A DNA stretch of 64,000 bases from Verrucomicrobiia bacterium (GTDB lineage Bacteria > Verrucomicrobiota > Verrucomicrobiia > JADLBR01), in the NCBI GenBank assembly GCA_035387945.1, contig DAOOOX010000003.1, positions 10,851-74,850 on the forward strand, in the 5' to 3' direction. This document shows, piece after piece, positions 11,305-21,172 of this stretch (positions within the stretch are counted from its first letter, which is position 1; every line of letters starts with the position of its first letter). The position numbers were made by a program, and so were the translations under genes. The notes under the pieces were generated by a model that was given only the letters and a program-made list of their open reading frames with translations, had not been told where the DNA came from and made no database searches.

Positions 11305-12744
11305 ATGCTAGGGACGCGCAATGTCGAGGTGCCGTCGCGGGTGGAGACGGCCGTCATCCCGGAGCTTTCCGAGGCTTTGAACGGCCATAGCGCGGATGGC
11401 CCGTCTGGGGAGGTGCGCGTGGCCGCGGTGCCCCCGCCGACGCCGAAGAGGCACACCGAAACCCGTTCAATGAGCGGTACCGGTTCGGCGGTGGGTGCCG
11501 CGCGTCATTCGGTGCGAATCCTGATCGTCGATGACGACAGGAACGAATCGGCCAGTCTCCACTGGGCGTTATCCCAGCGGATATCGATGGAGCTGGTGGG
11601 GGTCGCCCGGGATGGCGCGGAATGCCTGAACCTAGCCCGCCGGCACACGCCCGACGTGGTCTTGCTCAAGGACACCGTCCAGGTGGTGGATTGCCTCAGG
11701 GTCGCCGAGACCCTCGCCGATGAGCTGCCCGAGGTCTCGGTGATCCTCATGACGACCGGATGGATCCGGGTGGACACCCGCTGGAGAGACCTCCTGCACG
11801 CCGGGATCGCGGGGTTCATTACCTACCCCGCCCCTCTGGACAGTCTCCTGGAACAACTCAATCACGTGACCGAACACCAGCATACCCTGCGATCACATAT
11901 CGCGTCAAAATCGGTCCCGACGCAGGAGCCCACGGTTGTCGCTAGCCAGCGCAAGGTCGTGGTCTGCACGGGCCCGAGGGGTGGCTGCGGCCGCAGCCTG
12001 CTGGCGTGCAACCTCGCCGTCTCCCTCGCAACGCGCGATCACTCCGTCTGCCTCGTCGACCTGAACAGCGACGGCGGCGACATCGCCTCCCTGCTGGACA
12101 TCCATCCCCACTACAGCGTCGGCGACCTCGCCCTGGCCGCCGAGGACATCGAGCGCGAGATGATCGGCAACGTCCTGGTCCGCCACTCCACCGGGGTCAA
12201 CATCATCCCGGCGCCCCGCTCTGGCACGCTCCAGAACGACTCCCTCACGCCCTATTTCATTCAGCGGCTCGTGAATTTCACCCGCGAGCAACACGAGTTC
12301 ACCATCGTCGATACCCCGGCCGGCCTAACCGGCTCGGCCCGCTCCATGCTCGACATGACCGACGCGATCGTGGTCATGATCGGATTCGACCTCATACGCC
12401 TCCAGCAGGGCGCCGCCTTCATCGACGAATTAACCCAGGACGGACTGGACCCCGCGCGGATCGTGACCGTCCTGGTCAGCGAGAGCGAACTCCCCCTGAT
12501 CCAGTTGGCGGATGCGGAGCGCATACTCAACTCACCGGTCGCCTGCGTCCTGCCTTTTGACCCCACCACGGCCATCGAGTCCGTCAACAAGGGCGTCCCC
12601 TTCGTCATGACGGCCCCCAACAAGCCGTTGTCCAAGGCGGTGCGCGCGGTCGCCCGGCGCCTCCTGGGCAATCTCCATCCGGCGCCCGCCCCGTGGTGGA
12701 AACGAGTCCTCCACCTGACCCAAAACGACAACGACGGCGCCTGA
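11305..12744 (+). CDS. CpaE/TadZ-like protein: atypical receiver domain fused to a MinD/ParA-type ATPase domain with a deviant, Arg-substituted Walker A
   Basis: REC-like VRILIVDDD...DVVLLKD...VILMTT. ATPase domain with VVVCTGPRGGCGRSLLACNLAVSLA in place of KGGVGKTT, a Walker A' (VDLNSDGGD) and a Walker B (FTIVDTPAG). A GAGGGA RBS lies before the ATG at 11305. Confidence 0.75.
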   Translation: MLGTRNVEVPSRVETAVIPELSEALNGHSADGPSGEVRVAAVPPPTPKRHTETRSMSGTGSAVGAARHSVRILIVDDDRNESASLHWALSQRISMELVGVARDGAECLNLARRHTPDVVLLKDTVQVVDCLRVAETLADELPEVSVILMTTGWIRVDTRWRDLLHAGIAGFITYPAPLDSLLEQLNHVTEHQHTLRSHIASKSVPTQEPTVVASQRKVVVCTGPRGGCGRSLLACNLAVSLATRDHSVCLVDLNSDGGDIASLLDIHPHYSVGDLALAAEDIEREMIGNVLVRHSTGVNIIPAPRSGTLQNDSLTPYFIQRLVNFTREQHEFTIVDTPAGLTGSARSMLDMTDAIVVMIGFDLIRLQQGAAFIDELTQDGLDPARIVTVLVSESELPLIQLADAERILNSPVACVLPFDPTTAIESVNKGVPFVMTAPNKPLSKAVRAVARRLLGNLHPAPAPWWKRVLHLTQNDNDGA

Positions 12745-12748
12745 GTGC

Positions 12749-13498
12749 TTACCGGGGGGATGCCTCGTCGGCAGTGTCGGCCGACGCTCGGGGCGAGGCG
12801 CCATGCAGAATCACATCGAGCGCGAGCCCCGTCGCCCGCTCCAAGCCCCTGAGGATGTACCACAGCGCAACCACTGTCACCACGAGACACGGCAGGGTGA
12901 TCACCGGGAGGCTCAGGGCCGTCATCCGGCCCAACTCCTGGTTGAACTCGGGCGTCCCCGGATTGCTTTGCAAGACCCAAGTGGCAAGGGCGAAGTTGAG
13001 GCAGGCGCTCAACAGAAAAGACGCCGCCACCATCCACGAACCCCGGACCAGCAGCGCATCGAAATCCGCCCGCGCATCTCGCTCGGCCAGCGCGCGCTCC
13101 ACGGCCCCGATGTCGATCACCGACGGATTGAGCAGCAGGGATCGGACCAGTGGCTTCCGCGTCCTGAGTGAACCCAGCACGGCCCCTCCGAACACAAGCG
13201 GGATCGCCGCTTCCTTAACCGCAATCCACATCCGATCCAGCCGCAGCAGGCCTATGCCACCCGTGAGCAGGATGCTCGCAAGGCCGATCAGCGACATGGG
13301 ATTCCATTGTCGCCTCTTGATCCGATCCCAGACACCGTAACTCAATGGGAACACCAGCGCCAGCATCAGGGCGCCCGACGGCCCCAGCCGACCCGGCTCG
13401 CTCAGCTTATTCAGCACCGCAACGGGGACGACTATGTTCAGCAGCAGGCTCAGCCATGGATTCTCCCGCCCCCCCGCCGCTCGACATTCCTGCCCCAT
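12749..13498 (-). CDS. polytopic inner-membrane protein of unknown function
   Basis: 249-aa ORF with 5-6 hydrophobic segments (LLLNIVVPVAVL, LMLALVFPLSYGVW, LIGLASILLTGGIGLL, AAIPLVFGGAVLG, VAASFLLSACLNFALATWVL, LPVITLPCLVVTVVALWYIL). Confidence 0.6.
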   Translation of the reverse strand: MGQECRAAGGRENPWLSLLLNIVVPVAVLNKLSEPGRLGPSGALMLALVFPLSYGVWDRIKRRQWNPMSLIGLASILLTGGIGLLRLDRMWIAVKEAAIPLVFGGAVLGSLRTRKPLVRSLLLNPSVIDIGAVERALAERDARADFDALLVRGSWMVAASFLLSACLNFALATWVLQSNPGTPEFNQELGRMTALSLPVITLPCLVVTVVALWYILRGLERATGLALDVILHGASPRASADTADEASPR

Positions 13499-13542
13499 GA
13501 TAACCCTCAGACAAACCCGCCCATGTCACCCGACCAGCGACA

Positions 13543-14703
13543 CTAGAAATCCACCGGGCGGAACGGCGTAACATCCAGGATGTTCGTCCCGATGGCCACC
13601 GTCGTGATCGGCAGCCCACCCCTCGGGATCATCGCCGTCGGCGATGTTTCGACCATCGGCACTTCCACCGCCTCGGCCTCGCGATTCATCACGATCATCA
13701 TGCCCGGCTCGTACTGGACGCCCTCGTTCAGGAGCGACTGGTAATCGAGGATTCCGAGCTTGATGTGCTCGGCCATCCGCAATTGGAAATCGGGGTTGGA
13801 GATCAACTTCCCGTCTTCTGGATTTGAGACGAACCCCCCCTCGATCAGAATCGAGGGACGCTTGCACTGGTACAACACCACGAAACGGGCCCTCTTCACG
13901 CCCCGGTCCAACTTTGCATTGCCCCAAAGCTGGCTCATGCGCCGGTGGACCGCAGCCGCCAGCAGCACGTTGTTGCCGTCATTCGCGTTGCCGGCGAACG
14001 ACTGGAAATCAGACATCCGCAACCTCTCGGACGCCGTCGACGGCGAGCCCGCCGGCGCCAGCGCGTACGTCTCCACGCCCCGCGCCGCAGAATCCCCAGA
14101 GTTGAAATGGAGGCTGACGAAGATGCTGTTCTCGTAGTTTTCCGCCACCGCGGCCCTGTCCGCCAGTTCCTTGAATTCGTCGCGGATGCGCGTCATCACG
14201 ACTTTGAAACCCGCCGCCTCCAGAAGGGGCCTGAGGCGCTTGGCGACACTCAATGTCAGCTGCGCCTCCTCCGTGCTCCATCGGCTCCGCGCGCCCCGGT
14301 CGCCGCCGCCGTGGCCGGCATCTATCACGACGGTCTTGAAGGCCTTGCCAAAGGGAATCCGCTCCGGACGCATCAGCGGTTCGAAAACCTTCACCAGATC
14401 TTTGCGCGAAAGCATCGGCTGCCCGCGGTGCTCGGTCACCGGAAAACACAGCGAGAATCGTACCCCGTTGACCACCGCCTCCTTGCGAGACACCCAAAGC
14501 TCCACGCCCTTGTCACCCGTGCCGAGTTTGACCGAGTCGCCGCTCCGGGCCGGCTGAGGCAGCCGGTAGAACTCCGCCACCTGATCCACCGAAACGTAAT
14601 CCCGCCCTTCGAGTTCGAAGAGATTCCAATTCCAGGTCCCAGGCGCGGGCACCGCACCAAGATATAGCCCCGCCACGGCGGCCTGCAGCGTGGTCACCCA
14701 CAT
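13543..14703 (-). CDS. amiC: N-acetylmuramoyl-L-alanine amidase (Amidase_3, AmiC-like) with an N-terminal AMIN-like domain
   Basis: Signal peptide; VVIDAGHGGGDRGA zinc-binding motif, SLHFNS, and GGFVSNPEDGKLI. Confidence 0.85.
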   Translation of the reverse strand: MWVTTLQAAVAGLYLGAVPAPGTWNWNLFELEGRDYVSVDQVAEFYRLPQPARSGDSVKLGTGDKGVELWVSRKEAVVNGVRFSLCFPVTEHRGQPMLSRKDLVKVFEPLMRPERIPFGKAFKTVVIDAGHGGGDRGARSRWSTEEAQLTLSVAKRLRPLLEAAGFKVVMTRIRDEFKELADRAAVAENYENSIFVSLHFNSGDSAARGVETYALAPAGSPSTASERLRMSDFQSFAGNANDGNNVLLAAAVHRRMSQLWGNAKLDRGVKRARFVVLYQCKRPSILIEGGFVSNPEDGKLISNPDFQLRMAEHIKLGILDYQSLLNEGVQYEPGMMIVMNREAEAVEVPMVETSPTAMIPRGGLPITTVAIGTNILDVTPFRPVDF

Positions 14704-14778
14704 AACTTACTGATAATGCCAGCGATCCGGGAGTCGTCAAGCGGCATGGCCGACCAGCGGCCCAAGAATCGGGTGCCC

Positions 14779-16392
14779 TCACCCGACCGCCGCGAGCACC
14801 GCCTCGACCCGCTTCAATAATTCCGAACCGCTCAATTCCTCGGTCAAGATGTCATCGACAGCGAGGCGCTCCACCTCCTGCTTCTGCCTCAGGGTGAGCA
14901 GGCGGCTGACGACCATGACCCGTTGTTTCGGCAGTCGCTGCCTCATCAGTCGCAGCATGCCCGGCCCCCCTGATCCCGGCCGGTTGATCTCAAGTACCAC
15001 GAGATCGAAATCACCCTCCTGCGCCTTTTCCATCACACCGCTGTTCGGTTCCCCGATGGAAACCTGAAAGCCCGAATCGCGCAGCACGCCCGCCAGCCGC
15101 GGGTTCAACGGTCCCGCGTCTCGCACCAGCAGCACCCTCCGCGCCCCGGCTCCCGCGGCCGATGGCAGCGTCTGGGTCGAGAGTTTCGCCGACAAGGACG
15201 TGCCTTGCGCTCGCACTAGGACTTGCGTCACCTCCTCAGTGAGGATCATCACCCAGAGCGCCCGCCCCCCCACGACGCCCGGCACCGGCAACACCTCGGC
15301 GCGCAATCGTCGCGTGCCCCCGCCCTCCTTGGGCTCCTCCCGATGGAACATGGACGGCTGCCTGGATTTCCAGTCCAGATCGACATCCGTCGCAGAAAAC
15401 CACAGGGGTTCGCCCATCTGGTCTCCCCGCTTCCGGCCTGTGAGCAACTCGAAGCCAGGATTTGCAAAGACCACCGTGGGCTCGCTTTTCTCCGGGGTTT
15501 GCTCCAGGAGCAACAGCCCCTCCGGCAGGGCCGAGCCCACCGCCTCACACAAACGCATCGGCAGGCGTTGCGCCTCACCGAACTCCACCCTCAGCGCCCG
15601 CAGTTCGCTCCGCGCCTTGTCCAACGCCTCGGCCATCGCGCCATCCGTCGATGCCCGCGCCTCGGATGCCTTGGTCTTCTCGTGCAAATCCGCGAGCGCA
15701 GTCCGGAGATCTTCCACCTCCTTTTCGAGCAGTGCCGCGCGCCCCGCTCTCACCAAGAGATCCGACCCGCGCTTTGTTTCCGCCGAAAGATCCCCCAGGG
15801 CCTTCTCGAGCCGCCTCCTGACGTCTTCCAAGTTGCGGTCCAAATCGGTCGACCGGGCAGCCTCCTCCTTCAACTCGGCCCTCGCCCGCACAAGATCTTC
15901 GGCCAACCGTCCCCTCTCCCGCTCCGCCTCTGCCGCGGCCGCCGCGGCATCCGAGGCGTTCTTCTTGAGCCCGTCCAACTCCGCCTTCGCCGCAGCGGCC
16001 GCGCTCTCGGCGCGCGCAAGCTGCGCCCGTAGCCCGCCTTCGGCCCCGATGATGGCAAGTCGAACCCCAAGATCTACCCGGGCAATCGGAGACGCCAGAA
16101 CCTCGTTCGCCCCGGCCCGGAGGTACTCCACCGCGCCCGGCTTGCCGGCCTCAGGCAAAACGGCCATCATGCGAGCTTCCGCCAGCCGATGCCGCGCCCT
16201 GAGCCACCCCGCAAATTGTGTCAATGCTTCGGGCGCATCAGTCCGCATCAAAATCACATCGGGCCGCCCACGATTGGCCGCCAACCTCTCCTCGCCCAAT
16301 GCGCAGGACTCCACGCCATGCCCCATCTCGCTGAGCCAGCCGCCCACCAACGCGGCGGTAGGACCGTCAAGACCCACCAGTAAGATCTTCAT
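14779..16392 (-). CDS. signalling protein: N-terminal pseudo-receiver, ~150-aa coiled coil, PAS-like domain, C-terminal receiver (REC-CC-PAS-REC)
   Basis: MKILLVGLDG...DVILM (degenerate REC); Ala/Glu/Arg/Leu heptad-rich region; C-terminal REC (RVLLVRDAG...DLVVLEINRPG...VMVVS...AVDDILTE). Confidence 0.75.
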   Translation of the reverse strand: MKILLVGLDGPTAALVGGWLSEMGHGVESCALGEERLAANRGRPDVILMRTDAPEALTQFAGWLRARHRLAEARMMAVLPEAGKPGAVEYLRAGANEVLASPIARVDLGVRLAIIGAEGGLRAQLARAESAAAAAKAELDGLKKNASDAAAAAAEAERERGRLAEDLVRARAELKEEAARSTDLDRNLEDVRRRLEKALGDLSAETKRGSDLLVRAGRAALLEKEVEDLRTALADLHEKTKASEARASTDGAMAEALDKARSELRALRVEFGEAQRLPMRLCEAVGSALPEGLLLLEQTPEKSEPTVVFANPGFELLTGRKRGDQMGEPLWFSATDVDLDWKSRQPSMFHREEPKEGGGTRRLRAEVLPVPGVVGGRALWVMILTEEVTQVLVRAQGTSLSAKLSTQTLPSAAGAGARRVLLVRDAGPLNPRLAGVLRDSGFQVSIGEPNSGVMEKAQEGDFDLVVLEINRPGSGGPGMLRLMRQRLPKQRVMVVSRLLTLRQKQEVERLAVDDILTEELSGSELLKRVEAVLAAVG

Positions 16393-16437
16393 CCGCTTCT
16401 CTCCGAACAGCTATGAGCGATTGGGACAGTCGCGAGC

Positions 16438-18003
16438 TCACCGGGTCGGTTGCGCACCCTCGCGAGTGGTCTCCGCTTTGATGACCGCCGGAGCAACGGG
16501 CGCAGGTTCCCGCGCCGCGGCTGGCGGCGCCGAGCTCGTCGTACCCCCGGATTGCGCTTGCGCGCCCGTCTCGGGCTTGACCGGAACCGCCTTCGGGACG
16601 GCCGCCGTCCCCGCCCCCCCACCGGGCGGCGAAACCTCCGCCGCAACGATCTCGACCTTCCGGCTGGGCGCAAACACGAGTTCGACACGGCGATTGACCT
16701 TCACCGACTCCGCATCCTTCCCGGCCCGCCGAGGAAACGCCTCACCTTCCGAGAGCAGCGCCATCTTCGACGCAGGGATTCCGGCATCCGCAAACACCTG
16801 CGCAATCTCTAGCGCCCGCATCGCGCCCGCGTACAGATTCGACCCCTGCCCGGCGACGGTCGGACCGGGGCTCGCGTCCGTGTGCCCCTCGACATGCAGG
16901 CGATATGGCCCGTCGTATGCCTTCACGACCCCCGCCACTTTCTTCATCGCATCGACCACCGCCTCCGCCGGCTTGCCCGAACCCTCGCCATAGAGCGGGA
17001 CTTTCGGTCGAACGAAGACGTACGGCCCGTCCGTTCCCACCTCGCAAGTGTCCCCAACCGCCCCGAGCAGCAACCCCTGCAAGCGCTCCTGTTCGGTGCG
17101 CAAGGTCACGAGATCTGCCACTCGTCCCGCCGCCCCTTCCCCCTCGGCCTGGGCCTTCTTGAGGGCATCCATCTGCCCCTGCAACGCCGCCGATGCCGCC
17201 CGGGCTTCCGCGAGCGCATTGGCGCGCTCTCTGCCCTGCGTTTCTAAGACCGCATTCGCGCGTGCAATATCCGCGACCCGCCCCTCGGCCGCCCGCAGTT
17301 TATTGTCCAAATCTTTCTGGCGCGCCTCGCTTTCCGCCCGCACCGCATTGACCTGCTTCTCCGCCTCCCCGCGAACCAGCTTCGCCTCTTGCTCCGCACC
17401 CAATCGCCAGCCCAAGTACGCCCCGAAACCGCCCGCCAACCCACCAAGCAACACTGCCATCACAATGCTCAGCGGATCCTTCAGGGCCTCCACGAAAATC
17501 GGGCCGCGCGCCACCACCTCGGCGCGGCTCTTGGGCGGCCGTGGGAAACCTCCGGCCTCGCCCCACGATCCACCTGCGACCACCGGGGATGAGGCCACCC
17601 CCGCGACGCTCTCCGCCTGCGGGGCGGTCCCCGCGCCCGGCACACTAGCCCCCGCCGTCACCACCGCATCAGGCGGAACGGCGGTCGCCCCGCTCGGCGG
17701 ACCCACCGGGACCGGCGGCGACGGCGGCGCAATGGACTCAACCCTCCCCGCATCGGATGGTTCGCTCGCGGCAACGCCCGTCGCGGGTTCGGACACGGGC
17801 TCCTCTGGTGGTAGCGTTCCCGCGGGCCAGTACGCATCACCCACGCGCCTCACAGCCCAGGGCACCGCCTCCCCTTCGGTGACCCGAAATGGGGCCCGAA
17901 CCGGGGGAAGATCGCCCCCCAAACTGCCCGCGATATCAGCGTTCCTCACATCGTCCGGGTGCACCCCAGCCTTTTTGATCGGTTCCATCGGCAGGCCAGC
18001 CAT
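16438..18003 (-). CDS. OmpA/MotB-family peptidoglycan-binding protein with a single TM helix and a long coiled coil
   Basis: TM segment IVMAVLLGGLAGGFGAYLGW; coiled coil (EQEAKLVRGEAEKQVNAVRAESEARQKDLDNKLRAAEGRV...); OmpA_C motif VEGHTDASP...NLYAGAMRALEIAQVFADAGIP...NRRVELVF. Confidence 0.8.
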   Translation of the reverse strand: MAGLPMEPIKKAGVHPDDVRNADIAGSLGGDLPPVRAPFRVTEGEAVPWAVRRVGDAYWPAGTLPPEEPVSEPATGVAASEPSDAGRVESIAPPSPPVPVGPPSGATAVPPDAVVTAGASVPGAGTAPQAESVAGVASSPVVAGGSWGEAGGFPRPPKSRAEVVARGPIFVEALKDPLSIVMAVLLGGLAGGFGAYLGWRLGAEQEAKLVRGEAEKQVNAVRAESEARQKDLDNKLRAAEGRVADIARANAVLETQGRERANALAEARAASAALQGQMDALKKAQAEGEGAAGRVADLVTLRTEQERLQGLLLGAVGDTCEVGTDGPYVFVRPKVPLYGEGSGKPAEAVVDAMKKVAGVVKAYDGPYRLHVEGHTDASPGPTVAGQGSNLYAGAMRALEIAQVFADAGIPASKMALLSEGEAFPRRAGKDAESVKVNRRVELVFAPSRKVEIVAAEVSPPGGGAGTAAVPKAVPVKPETGAQAQSGGTTSSAPPAAAREPAPVAPAVIKAETTREGAQPTR

Positions 18004-18024
18004 CCGGCCTCACTTATCAAAACA

Positions 18025-18954
18025 TCAATTCTGGCTCCATTCAAGCATGCGTTCAATCGGCACCAGAGCGCGGGCACGCTGCTCTTCGGGCAGCAGGATC
18101 TCAGGCCCGCCGGTCAACAGGGCGTCGCGGACTTTCTCAAGCGTATTCATCTTCATGTATTTGCACTCCGCGCAGGCGCACTGGTCCGTGGGCCCGGCGA
18201 TGAACTCTTTGCCCGGTATCTCCTTCCGCAACCTGTGCAACATCCCGCCCTCGGTCGCGATGATGAACGCCTTCGCCGGGTGATCTCGGCAAAACGACAC
18301 CATCTTTTCGGTGCTGCAGATCTCGTCCGCCAGCGTCCGCACCGCCCGGGTGCATTCGGGGTGCGCCACCACGGGCGCCCCCGGGTGCTTCTCCCGCGCG
18401 GCCAGGATGCTCTGGTGCGTGAATTCGACGTGCACGTAGCAGTCGCCCTCCCACAGCCGCATGGGCCGGCCCGTCTGCCCCTGGACCCACTCCCCCAAAT
18501 TGCGGTCCGGCAAGAAGAGGATCTCTCGGCCCGCCGGCACGCGGCCCACGATCTTCACTGCATTGCCCGATGTGCAGATGACATCGCTCATCGCCTTCAC
18601 CGCCGCGCTGCAATTGATGTAGGCCACCACATAGTAGTTCTTGTCGCGGTGCTTCTTCAGAAACGCCCCGAGCGCATCGGCGGGACAACTGTCGGACAGG
18701 GAGCAACCCGCCTCCATGTCCGGTATCAGAACCCTCCTGCCCGGATTCACTATCTTCGCGGTCTCCGCCATGAAATGGACCCCGCAGAAGACGATGATGT
18801 CCGCGCGCGCCTCCTTGGCACGATAGGACAGGCCCAGCGAGTCACCCACGAAATCGGCGACGTCCTGGATCTCGGGCACCTGATAGTTGTGCGCCAGAAT
18901 GACTGCGTTCTTGGCGCGCTTTAACTCAAGCACCTTTTCCTGCTGTGGGCTCAT
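18025..18954 (-). CDS. nadA: quinolinate synthase
   Basis: ILAHNYQVPEIQDVADFVGDSLGLS, VFCGVHFMAETAKI, and Fe-S cysteines in ACAECKYMKMNTLEK. The start is at MSPQQEK. Confidence 0.9.
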   Translation of the reverse strand: MSPQQEKVLELKRAKNAVILAHNYQVPEIQDVADFVGDSLGLSYRAKEARADIIVFCGVHFMAETAKIVNPGRRVLIPDMEAGCSLSDSCPADALGAFLKKHRDKNYYVVAYINCSAAVKAMSDVICTSGNAVKIVGRVPAGREILFLPDRNLGEWVQGQTGRPMRLWEGDCYVHVEFTHQSILAAREKHPGAPVVAHPECTRAVRTLADEICSTEKMVSFCRDHPAKAFIIATEGGMLHRLRKEIPGKEFIAGPTDQCACAECKYMKMNTLEKVRDALLTGGPEILLPEEQRARALVPIERMLEWSQN

Positions 18955-19459
18955 GCCTTTTCCTTCCACGTCTGGTTTCGGACCATAACACCAAGGCCAG
19001 TCCGACACAAATGCCGGTGTCCGCGATGTTGAACGTGGCATAGTGCCAGTCCCACGCCGCCACGAAAAAATCGATGAAGTCCACCACGTGTCCCAGTCGC
19101 GCGCGATCGCAGAGGTTGCCCGCCGCCCCGGCTAACACCATCCCCGCGCCCAGCTGCGCCACCCAGTCCCGCCAGTCGAGACCCCTCCCCAACCAGATCA
19201 TCCAGAACAGGATCACTACCGTCAGCACCGGCAGCACTGGCGAATTACGCAAGACCCCGAACGCCGCGCCCGTGTTGGTGCTGAAGATGAACTGCAAGAA
19301 GTCCGGCACGATCACCAGCGGAGGCATATCCTTCAGACAAGCTGACGCCGCCAGTTTTGTGACCTGATCCAGGACAAACCATCCGGCCACGGTCCACCAG
19401 AACACCGCCCCCGGACCATTCCACCGACTCGCGCCCCCTTCTCTGTTCTCTTGCGTCAT
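18926..19459 (-). CDS. lspA: lipoprotein signal peptidase II
   Basis: 177 aa, four TM helices, FIFSTNTGAAFG and NIADTGICVG motifs. It overlaps the nadA start by 29 nt. Confidence 0.85.
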   Translation of the reverse strand: MTQENREGGASRWNGPGAVFWWTVAGWFVLDQVTKLAASACLKDMPPLVIVPDFLQFIFSTNTGAAFGVLRNSPVLPVLTVVILFWMIWLGRGLDWRDWVAQLGAGMVLAGAAGNLCDRARLGHVVDFIDFFVAAWDWHYATFNIADTGICVGLALVLWSETRRGRKRHEPTAGKGA

Positions 19460-19468
19460 GCCATCTCC

Positions 19469-20410
19469 TCAGGATCCCGGACACAGCGCCTTCAGGCGCG
19501 AATACAACGCCTCCAATTCTGGCATCGCGACGCCCGCCGACCGCCCCCGCCGCAGCGGCTCGCCCCAGATCGCCTCAACCTCCACGTCCCGCCCAGCGAT
19601 ATAGTCCAAAAGGCTCGAGGGCCGATACGGCCCCATCGTTCGGCTGCGCTCCACCATATCGTCCGCAAAAGCCGGCTGTATCGCGTGCCCCAGGCGGCCC
19701 GCCGCCCGCACAATCTCCGCCATCAGCCCCCTGGCCCGCGCCAGCAATCTGGCATCCGCCAGCACGTCGGCGACGGTCGCCCCGCCCTCCGCGATGGCGA
19801 GGCCATTGAAGGGGACGTTCCAAACCAGCTTCTTCCAGCGGATCAGCGCCAGGTCGTCGGTCACCTCACACGGTACCCCGGCCCTTGTCATGGCACCCGC
19901 AATCTGTCTCGCGCGTTCGCCCGCCGGGCCCTGATACTCTCCAAGCATCACCAGCCCGTGGTCAAGGTGCGCCACGCGCGCCGGCCCCACCCGATTCAGG
20001 CAAACGAAACACGGGCCCCCCATGACCCTCGATGGACCGAAGTGCGACGCCAACCAATCCTCGTTCCCCAGACCGTTCTGAAGCGTCAGGATGGCCGTCC
20101 CCGCCCCCACCAGTGGACCCACCAGCCCCGGCAGGGACGCATTCGCCGTGGCCTTGGTCGCCACGATGACCAGTTCGCACGGGCCAATCTCGCCCGGCGC
20201 ACGATGACAGTGGGCCGGGAAGATAGTGAAATCGCCCCGCGGGCTTTCGATCGCGACGCCGTGCTCCCGCGCATGATTATAATCGCCGCGCATCAGGAAA
20301 TGCACATCGAGACCCGAACGCGCAAGACACCCCCCGTAGTAGAGTCCCACCGCGCCCGCGCCAACGATCGCAACCCTCCCCGAAAACGACTTCCCTGTGC
20401 CCACCTGCAA
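19469..20410 (-). CDS. panE: 2-dehydropantoate 2-reductase (ketopantoate reductase)
   Basis: Rossmann motif VAIVGAGAVGLYYG; ApbA_C-like region (KLVWNVPFNGLAIAEGG...LLDYIAGRDVEVEAIWGEPLRRG). Confidence 0.85.
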   Translation of the reverse strand: MQVGTGKSFSGRVAIVGAGAVGLYYGGCLARSGLDVHFLMRGDYNHAREHGVAIESPRGDFTIFPAHCHRAPGEIGPCELVIVATKATANASLPGLVGPLVGAGTAILTLQNGLGNEDWLASHFGPSRVMGGPCFVCLNRVGPARVAHLDHGLVMLGEYQGPAGERARQIAGAMTRAGVPCEVTDDLALIRWKKLVWNVPFNGLAIAEGGATVADVLADARLLARARGLMAEIVRAAGRLGHAIQPAFADDMVERSRTMGPYRPSSLLDYIAGRDVEVEAIWGEPLRRGRSAGVAMPELEALYSRLKALCPGS

Positions 20411-20413
20411 ACC

Positions 20414-21172
20414 TCACAGCCCGCTCGGCGCGTCCAGGAACTCCCAAGGCAACCGGAATCGGCGCCCCATCCTGGCCGCGAGCGCCTTCACGCCGAATGT
20501 CTCGGTCGCGTAGTGACCGCCATACAAGATGTTGACCCCAAGCTCGACCGCCAAACCGTGGGTCCAATGGGCGCCCTCCCCCGTGATGAGTGTGTCGATG
20601 CCCTCGGCCACCGCCCGCGCCACCGCATCGCCCGCCGCGCCGCTCACCACCCCGATTCTCCGACACGTCGTCGGCCCGGCCCCGGCGACTCGCGCCGCGC
20701 CGCCAAGCGCTGCCCTCATCCTGCTCACCAACGCATCCCGCCCGACCCGTGTCACCACCAATCGGCCAACCTTCGCGCCTTTCTCCTCAAAAAACGGTCG
20801 GCCAACCCCCAGCCCCAGCGCCCGACACAGCAATACGTTGTTCCCAATGGTCGGATGCAAATCCAGCGGCAGGTGCGACGAATATACCGCAAGACCACCC
20901 CGGATCGCCGCCTCGAGTTTCCGGTAGCACGGCCCCGTGATCGGAACCAGCTCCGACCAGAAAAGGCCATGATGCACCACCAGCAGATCCGCGCCCACCG
21001 ACAGCGCCATCCGAATCGTCCCCTCGTGCGCATCGACCGCCGCGGCGATGCGCGTCACCCGCCCGCCGTTCTCCAACTGCAGGCCATTGCGCGCCCCCGG
21101 CCAATCGCCAACACCGCCGTGCCGCAGCAGGCGGTCCGCGTACTGCACCAAACTGTCGAGTCTTATGCCCAT
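20414..21172 (-). CDS. Nif3-family dinuclear metal-centre protein (GTP cyclohydrolase 1 type 2 homologue)
   Basis: 252 aa; VDAHEGTI...LLVVHHGLFW...NILYGGHYATETFG, characteristic of NIF3/YqfO. Confidence 0.85.
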   Translation of the reverse strand: MGIRLDSLVQYADRLLRHGGVGDWPGARNGLQLENGGRVTRIAAAVDAHEGTIRMALSVGADLLVVHHGLFWSELVPITGPCYRKLEAAIRGGLAVYSSHLPLDLHPTIGNNVLLCRALGLGVGRPFFEEKGAKVGRLVVTRVGRDALVSRMRAALGGAARVAGAGPTTCRRIGVVSGAAGDAVARAVAEGIDTLITGEGAHWTHGLAVELGVNILYGGHYATETFGVKALAARMGRRFRLPWEFLDAPSGL

